Shown here one piece after another: positions 18,001-22,296 of a stretch of 41,974 bases of DNA (within the stretch, counting starts at the first letter, position 1; each line of letters begins with the position of its first letter). Where the stretch lies: assembly GCA_964596195.1 (NCBI GenBank), contig CAZQTN010000003.1, forward strand, positions 1 through 41,974. The letters run 5' to 3'. The position numbers were made by a program, and so were the translations under genes. Under the pieces are notes generated by a model, which was not told the DNA's origin, made no database searches, and saw only the letters and a list, made by a program, of their open reading frames with translations. The DNA comes from an uncultured Ruminococcus sp. (GTDB taxonomy: Bacteria; Bacillota; Clostridia; Oscillospirales; CAG-272).

Positions 18001-18808
18001 GTACGACAAGGATGGCGGCTTCGTCTGCGTACACTGCGGACTTAAGAACGCGAACGGCGCAAGCGGTGATATCGTGCTTGAGGATGCGAGCGACCTTGAC
18101 GGTGACGAGGACACCTACATCGTAGGCTACTACTACCGTATGGGCGACAAGTTCGAGATCATCTACGCGATCACCCTTATTGACGAGTACGGCGACGAGA
18201 TAGCATTCGTTGATCTTGATGCTTACGGCATAGCGATCACGCCTTGGGGCGACGGCAGATATATTACCTTCTCCAAGTCGGCAGTTATAGCCGCGGCGGC
18301 TCAGATGGGCTACACCGAGGATCAGTACGACATCCGCATCTCCTTCGTTCCCGTTGGTTGGGAGCAGGAGCTCGATTACGCGATCACCTTTGAGGTGATG
18401 TCCGCGACCGACGAGTGCGAGCACTACTACTACGACGACGTATGCGTATTCTGCGGCGAGAGCTACGAGAATAGCGGAAACGTTGAGGACGGTAACGTAA
18501 ACGTCGATACCGGTGACGTCCTTTACGCCTGGGAGAACGTTAACGAAGAGACCGACGACGGCAAGGTTGTTGTAATACAGACCATGTCCTTCAAGCTCTA
18601 TAAGGATGGCACGGCATATTACGTTGCTACGCTTGAGGACATAACCTCCGGCACGTTCACCACACTTGAAGAGGCAGATGGTGAATGGAAGGAAACCGAG
18701 GACGAAGAATACGGACCTTACATCTGGGCTATCTTCTACTTTGAAGAAGGGCCGGCAGAGCTGATATTCCTGTTCGACGAAAACGGTCATGTTTATCCCG
18801 ATATCTAA
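12032..18808 (+). CDS. Giant (2,258-aa) Cys-rich repeat lipoprotein of unknown function.
   Basis: Signal peptide MKAVKRSLLLLLCVAMLVAGAIVMSAC with a lipobox Cys27. It has arrays of His-Cys3 modules, an acidic Cys-poor centre and a Tyr/Cys-rich C-terminal half. The gene has a strong RBS, its own promoter and its own terminator. Confidence 0.9.
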   Translation: MKAVKRSLLLLLCVAMLVAGAIVMSACSKDCTEHDWGNWTVTTAATCIAEGTETRTCNECGETDTRKIDKVAHSFSTYVSDGNATCTADGTKTATCTTSGCTAKDTVADAGSKKAHTFTNYTSNGDANCQKDGTKTATCDTEGCTATETVTDAGSKKAHSFTTYHSDNNATCAADGTKTAVCDWYGCQETDTVADEGSKKSHSFTNYVSNNDATCVLDGTKTATCSFNGCSETDTIEDEGSKLGHLWDGDLTCETGHSCTRDNCDAEEAALGHDYRVVGGAELTCEQDSTTIYACQNGCGDDFTVTNELAKGHSVDEWTLDDERVIGECTYELIYVGTCANPGCSQIQFKTEEVVSHTLKSTIHTDATCSNPGQKLITCSECGNYEAYEDYTNTEAHVWTVQSTEGNVTTYECSECHSTKTAITATESTEATVDKSTLESVGEVELKDASIALDSETLGGLDGDVSISAGTLEGTDLEAVKGTLDQDKLDQIGENPIYNFGLNDASGAVSSFNGWVTIRVPYTLADGEDVDSIAVWFINDEGEVESIQATYDNGYAVFSTNHFSYYTVTRLTPAERCALYNHSYKVTTVNATCITDGYVLKVCQRCGHSEKEITGKATGHAITTTTVGATCTKSGTATHSCDNCEYEKVEKIAPLGHAWAATDSDEATCRKAGYTIYTCSTCSASYKTVIAQKAHSYTDTVTKATCTTDGYTTKVCEWCQYTVTTNKIAALGHDYKTSTVQNGCTTEGYTLHDCSRCDASYKTDIVPPSHTWDIEAPTCGKGQTCIVCGKGGQSATGNHTMAGGICSVCGVGCNHTYNSVVTAPTCTEIGYTTNTCTVCGVVEKTDYKSAVGHTGALTCTVCGESIVPADFYTKVFESILNEKYTILIDSMQVDDGIYVVDSEIYVSIKGGINGWGTVNVKAYGTVATFRAIIEDGVLYLCGENTTALTESKNIYAKIPFIELISETEDAPVAVSMIASLLMNEDVLNWANDTLLPFVSNLTEGGKDEANLIAEVLVKLICDVTEVDGNIVITPSAEKLKALNARLATETIGEFIDAEFGVRTYDDIVGNIEALLNATVGDLIDGAAANGADVIALVGSLDALISKMVGQECTISDLMGLEVTIQEMLQDDELRAMTVEQIIAMIIEEMGGSSGGGNVVTPEPPVETPVPDYNKGGTAEPASEDGKIESDSTEEEIDISDKIVELLTQLKSMTLYEVIGVEMETSEAVEYVDGMIDEVLAEITLSITADKSGKLISIDFAYAEYCDLSIVADYTSTIDYSQVKANAEANTNLKADEDYISGTYKYGEYVFEIDENGKLVSIRYTSIADEPNIIWESFYDDEDNYVELVIVNKYIDEYSADLTNALIATHSDCKNWIGVGMVAPGTCTSTYQTVVKRYVNGELVETIDDPEMLEMLGIGSDDYSYTSSEMIWVGFFIDSVTGEITSFGDAYTLHEYEEDEAKHVPAVGCEGAGEYHYFCTECGETLVVPYTNGHDYEWSYELKEGATSCEDGVIATYACTVCGKVRSTYETDYHETDWEELDFSGYGVCENHYFEKYSCPCGQNSGFSYYNGFDWMDGYAYCPECGVTVSADYTYTPGDGCTMNEARVIRITKNGATIYSETANRTYEDHDTREIVTLMPGSTTCEDGIIVKWVCSKCGEVESEYEEYYHREYEKIIVDFSDYGSVCGGYLYTYGCACGYYEDKGWVHISADCEFEKTDVYYNEWRDYCYKYTCAVTSPACGFTYYERNRLVEGTCGYTVYTEYYVIENGNEVILYSYVYTDEIYHSYESSSENKTPVTEFPCLYLVSRVEACTVCGHENTYNGYEFIHEKTNHDDGYYCDVCGDGDHYECDDQGRTVWELHVYWYANGAGIQKDQQEYRWMYYNDYRFTTYEYGSDDYYYLRDGKWEIVDPYWHSNTYEYDFSGECSVTITYENSDGERDSYTYRACEYFNYGSATAATCTQHGVGTKTCLVCGTASSYELEPICHDWYWYDKDGGFVCVHCGLKNANGASGDIVLEDASDLDGDEDTYIVGYYYRMGDKFEIIYAITLIDEYGDEIAFVDLDAYGIAITPWGDGRYITFSKSAVIAAAAQMGYTEDQYDIRISFVPVGWEQELDYAITFEVMSATDECEHYYYDDVCVFCGESYENSGNVEDGNVNVDTGDVLYAWENVNEETDDGKVVVIQTMSFKLYKDGTAYYVATLEDITSGTFTTLEEADGEWKETEDEEYGPYIWAIFYFEEGPAELIFLFDENGHVYPDI
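12248..12739 (+). repeat. Four tandem 123-bp (41-aa) near-identical coding repeats.
   Basis: The unit is H-[ST]-F-x-x-Y-x-S-x-x-x-A-x-C-x-x-DGTKTA-x-C-x4-C-x-x-x-(D/E)T(V/I)-x-D-x-GSK. It spans aa 73-236 in four copies, with exact 41-aa periodicity. Confidence 0.9.
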
Positions 18809-18820
18809 TATAATATGACG

Positions 18821-18858
18821 CACGCCCCACGGCTTCGGCCGTGGGGCGTGGTTTTTCT
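18821..18858 (+). terminator. Rho-independent terminator of the giant gene.
   Basis: A 12-bp stem, ACGCCCCACGGC pairing with GCCGTGGGGCGT, has a TTCG loop and is followed by GGTTTTTC. Confidence 0.9.
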
Positions 18859-18871
18859 TTCTCTTATTGAA

Positions 18872-18965
18872 GCCTCTCACTTTGGGAGAGGTGGCGCGAG
18901 CACTGCGAGCGACGGAGAGGGCCCTCTCAGTCACCTGCGGCGACAGCTCCCCCGAAGTGGGAGCC
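18872..18965 (+). repeat. Multi-hairpin intergenic repeat element, copy A.
   Basis: About 94 nt sharing long identical blocks with 22154..22243. It contains the hairpins CCTCTC/GGGAGAGG, the palindrome GAGAGGGCCCTCTC, and GCTCCC-N7-GGGAGC. Confidence 0.75.
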
Positions 18966-19051
18966 TTAGATAAGAAGGAGCACGCGTGTGTTAGCACAAG
19001 GTTACCGAGAGTCACATTCGCACTCTACCTCAGTCTCGCTATGCTCGCCCG

Positions 19052-19179
19052 TGTCATCCTGAGCGAAGCCGAACTGCATAGCAGTGCGAGGCATAAGCCG
19101 AGCAGGATCTCGGGCGAATACAAAAGCATTTTCGCCCTTTGGGTTCGACCGCGGGCTTTGCCCTACGCTCAGAATGACA
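19052..19179. repeat. Inverted repeat pair TGTCATCCTGAGCG ... CGCTCAGAATGACA flanking 100 nt.
   Basis: The 14-nt arms match at 13 of 14 positions. Between them is an internal hairpin, GGGCGAA-N11-TTCGCCC. The pair lies in a 500-nt region with no credible CDS. Confidence 0.6.
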
Positions 19180-19255
19180 TAAGGACAGGCCCTTATCTAC
19201 CCGTTAGGTTAATTCGTTATCGTTACTTGCCATATTACACGTAAGCCGTCGGCAC

Positions 19256-19284
19256 TTGACATCGTTTATCCTATGTGTTAAAAT
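19256..19284 (+). promoter_or_regulatory. Promoter of gene 19316..20323.
   Basis: TTGACA (19256-19261), 17-nt spacer, TGtTAAAAT (TAAAAT 19279-19284). A GGGAGAG RBS precedes ATG 19316. Confidence 0.6.
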
Positions 19285-19315
19285 ACTCACATATAAAACC
19301 TGATGGGAGAGAGCT

Positions 19316-20323
19316 ATGACTATCATTAAAAAAATAAGCACCGCCGTTTTGGCAGTGCTGTTAATATTAGTTACGTTGCTTTTAGCGTTTAACGTTTTTC
19401 TGAATATCGTATTCTTTGATTTCTTCTCCGGTAGCCGCGATATGGGCGAGCTTGAGGGAATATCCGACGGCTTCGTGCATCAGGGGCTTGACTACGTAGA
19501 CGGAACGTTTCTGACGGCGGGATATATGAAGGACAAGGGCCCCTCGCGCATCTATCGCACGAAGGACGGCGAGTCACTCGGCTATACCGAGCTTCTTAAG
19601 GCAAGCGGCAAGGCGTACACGGGGCACGCGGGCGGCATCACCCATTATGGCGACTATCTGTACGTTGCGGGCGGCACCGGATTTGACGTGTTCCCTCTTG
19701 CGGATATTTTAAACGGTGAGCCGACGGCGACCTGCCTCGGCACGGTGAAGTCCTTTAACGACCCTGCGTGGTGCACGGCGTACGGCGGCTATATATTCGG
19801 CGGCTCGTTCGCATGCTCCGACTCTGCGAGCTACGCGCCTGAGGCAGGCGAGGTTATGACGGCGCCAGACGGCAGCGTGAACAACTCGATAATCACGGTA
19901 TTTAAGCTCGACGAGAATGCCGAGCTCGGCATTGACCCTGCGCCCGTGGCGGTCATTTCATCGGGCGACAAGGTACAGGGCGCGTGCTTTACCGAGGATG
20001 GCAATCTCATCCTCTCGACCTCGTGGAGCTTCACGGTGTCAAAATTCTGTTTCTACAACCTTAAGGACGCTGTGGCAGAGGGCACGGCGACCCTCGGCAA
20101 GACCGAGGACTCGGACGGTGTGAGCGTACCCCTGTACTACCTTGACTCGCGCACGCTGAGCTACACCCTTAAATCCATACCGATGGCCGAGGAGATAATC
20201 ATTGTTGACGGCTATATGTATATAATGAACGAATCCGCCTCGCAAAAGTACAAATTTGGCAACCTTATAGGCGGCCGCCGCTTCTATGCCTATGAGATAA
20301 CGGACGGGCATTTTGAAAAGTGA
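19316..20323 (+). CDS. Membrane-anchored hypothetical protein. The extracytoplasmic domain is possibly beta-propeller-like.
   Basis: 335-aa ORF with an N-terminal TM helix (ISTAVLAVLLILVTLLLAFNVFLNIVFF). The remainder is Gly/Tyr/Asp-rich in a beta-type pattern. I recognise no family. Confidence 0.75.
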   Translation: MTIIKKISTAVLAVLLILVTLLLAFNVFLNIVFFDFFSGSRDMGELEGISDGFVHQGLDYVDGTFLTAGYMKDKGPSRIYRTKDGESLGYTELLKASGKAYTGHAGGITHYGDYLYVAGGTGFDVFPLADILNGEPTATCLGTVKSFNDPAWCTAYGGYIFGGSFACSDSASYAPEAGEVMTAPDGSVNNSIITVFKLDENAELGIDPAPVAVISSGDKVQGACFTEDGNLILSTSWSFTVSKFCFYNLKDAVAEGTATLGKTEDSDGVSVPLYYLDSRTLSYTLKSIPMAEEIIIVDGYMYIMNESASQKYKFGNLIGGRRFYAYEITDGHFEK

Positions 20324-20330
20324 CAATTAA

Positions 20331-20367
20331 AAAGGACGGAGAATATTTCCTCCGTCCTTTAATTTTT
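20331..20367. terminator. Bidirectional terminator between convergent genes.
   Basis: An 11-bp stem, AAAGGACGGAG pairing with CTCCGTCCTTT, has an 8-nt loop. T-runs follow on both strands. Confidence 0.85.
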
Positions 20368-20390
20368 AAACCCTGCGGGGGCAGGATTAA

Positions 20391-21035
20391 TTACTCCTGT
20401 GCGGGAGCTTCCTCAGCTGCGGGAGCCTCCTCAGCTGCGGGAGCAGCCTGTGCTGCCTGCTGTGCGGCGAGAGCCTGAGCAACTGCTGCGGCAACCATAG
20501 CTGCCTGCTGAGCTGCGCGCTCCTCGTCCTCCTTTGCACGCTTAGCGGCAAGAGCAGCCTCTTCCTCGGCACGCTTAGCTGCGAGTGCAGCCTCCTCAGC
20601 GGCCTTCTTAGCTGCGAGCTCCTCTGCTTCCTTAGCAGCCTTCTCGCGAGCCATATAATCCTTACAGATAAGGTTGGTGGACTTCATATACTTGTGCATA
20701 GCGATCAGCGGACCAAGGCCGAAAAGCATGCAACCAAGAGTGTTCCAAAGAATGTAAGATGCAGCGCCGGTAACACCGTTAACGTTGTGTCTTTCACCGT
20801 ATGCCTTAACGCGGCTTGCGGATGCGCACCACCAGATGATGGGATAGATGCAAAGAGTGATGGGGGTGAGAAGAAGGTACTTAAGGAAGCCACCGGTCTT
20901 CTTGCCGTCCTCTGCACAAACTACGTTGAGGTCCTTAGCCTGCTTGTGAACGAACACAAAGGGCCAGATGCCGCAAGTAATAGCCGTAAGCAGGAAGTAG
21001 AGTATCATGCTACGGTTTGTCTTGAGCTTAGTCAT
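20391..21035 (-). CDS. DUF4234-like membrane protein with an Ala/Glu/Lys-rich low-complexity C-terminal tail.
   Basis: The start was set to ATG 21035 (MTKLKTNRSMILYFLLTAITCGIWPFVF), which has an AGGAGA RBS. The two-TM DUF4234-like core is followed by AKEAEELAAKKAAEEAALAAKRAEEEAALAAKRA...AAPAAEEAPAAEEAPAQE. Confidence 0.7.
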   Translation of the reverse strand: MTKLKTNRSMILYFLLTAITCGIWPFVFVHKQAKDLNVVCAEDGKKTGGFLKYLLLTPITLCIYPIIWWCASASRVKAYGERHNVNGVTGAASYILWNTLGCMLFGLGPLIAMHKYMKSTNLICKDYMAREKAAKEAEELAAKKAAEEAALAAKRAEEEAALAAKRAKEDEERAAQQAAMVAAAVAQALAAQQAAQAAPAAEEAPAAEEAPAQE

Positions 21036-21126
21036 AATGATTCTCCTGTAAAAGTTTAATTTATTTGAAAGCCTGAGCAGCAATCACAAAGTTAGAATAT
21101 GAATAAAAAGTCATTTTGATGAAACA

Positions 21127-21155
21127 ATTATACTCTTATATTTAACAAATGTCAA
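21127..21155 (-). promoter_or_regulatory. Consensus sigma-A promoter for the DUF4234-like gene.
   Basis: On the minus strand: TTGACA (21155-21150), 17-nt spacer, TATAAT (21132-21127). Confidence 0.65.
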
Positions 21156-21247
21156 TATCTTTTTAAATAAAATTTAATAAAAAATGAACAATTTAATAAG
21201 ATTTAATGTACATTTCGCCCACGGTAAGAATTATGGCAAGCACGCAC

Positions 21248-21276
21248 TTGCAAAATACTCTTATCGGTGGTATAAT
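21248..21276 (+). promoter_or_regulatory. Promoter of the TrmH-family methyltransferase gene.
   Basis: TTGCAA (21248-21253), 17-nt spacer, TATAAT (21271-21276). Its position shows that the track start at 21206 is upstream of the transcript. Confidence 0.65.
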
Positions 21277-21307
21277 AGATGCGAATATACAGATGGAGCA
21301 CCCAAAA

Positions 21308-22135
21308 ATGGCAAAAATACAGGAAATAACCGATTTTAACGCGCCTGAGCTGGACGTTTTCGTCAGGCTTACGGGCGCACAGCTACGCAACAAGCTGGAG
21401 CCCGAAAAGGGCGTTTTTATAGCAGAAAGTCCGACCGTAATTGAGGTCGCACTTAACACTGGGTGCGTACCCGTGTCACTTTTAACCGACAAAAGGCTGA
21501 TAAACGGAGCAGTCTCAGGCATCATCGACCGCCTCGGTGACGACGTGCCCGTATATACTGCGGAGCGCGATCTGCTCACGGCACTCACAGGCTTTGAGCT
21601 TACGCGCGGTGCGCTTTGTGCAATGAAGCGACCCGTACAGCCGAGCGTCGAGGACGTGTGCCGCGGTGCACGCAGGGTTGCGGTGCTTGAGGCGGTGACC
21701 GACTCGACCAACATCGGTGCACTTTTCCGTTCGGCAGCGGCAATGCACATTGACGCGGTGCTTGTGACGCCCACCTGCTGTGACCCGCTCTGCCGCAGGG
21801 CGGTTAGGGTGAGCATGGGCACAGTTTTTCAGATACCGTGGGCAAAAATCGGTGACACTCCGGCAGATTGGCCGACGAAGGGACTCGAAAGACTGCGCGA
21901 GCTTGGCTTCAAAACTGCGGCAATGGCACTCACCGACGAGTCGGTAAGCATTGACGACAAAGAACTTATGGCAGAGGAAAAATTGGCGATCATTCTCGGC
22001 ACGGAGGGTGACGGCCTGTCAAAGCACACTATCGCCGAGAGCGATTATACCGTAAAGATCCCGATGGCGCACGGCGTTGACTCCTTAAACGTTGCGGCCG
22101 CAGGTGCAGTTGCCTTCTGGCAGTTAACAAGATAA
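21308..22135 (+). CDS. TrmH/SpoU-family RNA 2'-O-methyltransferase.
   Basis: SpoU motifs are present: NIGALFRSAAA, LAIILGTEGDGLS, IPMAHGVDSLNVAAAGAVAFW. The start was set to ATG 21308, which has GGAG 9 nt upstream and lies downstream of the promoter. Confidence 0.85.
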   Translation: MAKIQEITDFNAPELDVFVRLTGAQLRNKLEPEKGVFIAESPTVIEVALNTGCVPVSLLTDKRLINGAVSGIIDRLGDDVPVYTAERDLLTALTGFELTRGALCAMKRPVQPSVEDVCRGARRVAVLEAVTDSTNIGALFRSAAAMHIDAVLVTPTCCDPLCRRAVRVSMGTVFQIPWAKIGDTPADWPTKGLERLRELGFKTAAMALTDESVSIDDKELMAEEKLAIILGTEGDGLSKHTIAESDYTVKIPMAHGVDSLNVAAAGAVAFWQLTR

Positions 22136-22153
22136 GCGAATGCATTTTTTATT

Positions 22154-22243
22154 GCCTCTCACTCCGGGAGAGGTGGCACGGCCTTGCCGTGACGGAGAGG
22201 GCCCTCTCACCCGCTACGCGGGAGCTCCCCCGAGGTGGGAGCC
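22154..22243 (+). repeat. Multi-hairpin intergenic repeat element, copy B.
   Basis: It has the same blocks and orientation as 18872..18965. It also has an extra hairpin CACGGC-CTT-GCCGTG. It sits between the trmH-family stop and the terminator. Confidence 0.75.
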
Positions 22244-22251
22244 TATAAAAA

Positions 22252-22296
22252 ACACGGGCAAGCCTTGCAAACAGGGCCTACCCGTGTAACTTTTTT
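22252..22296. terminator. Bidirectional terminator (trmH-family gene / pepF).
   Basis: Stem ACACGGG (22252-22258) pairs with CCCGTGT (22281-22287), followed by AACTTTTTT. The reverse reading is followed by TTTTTTAT. Confidence 0.6.

Noticed and set aside
18867-19244. 125-aa + strand ORF in the spacer after the giant gene.
   Set aside because: It reads straight through the multi-hairpin repeat and the inverted repeats. It has no RBS, and its composition (R/A/L/S-rich) is typical of translated palindromic repeats.
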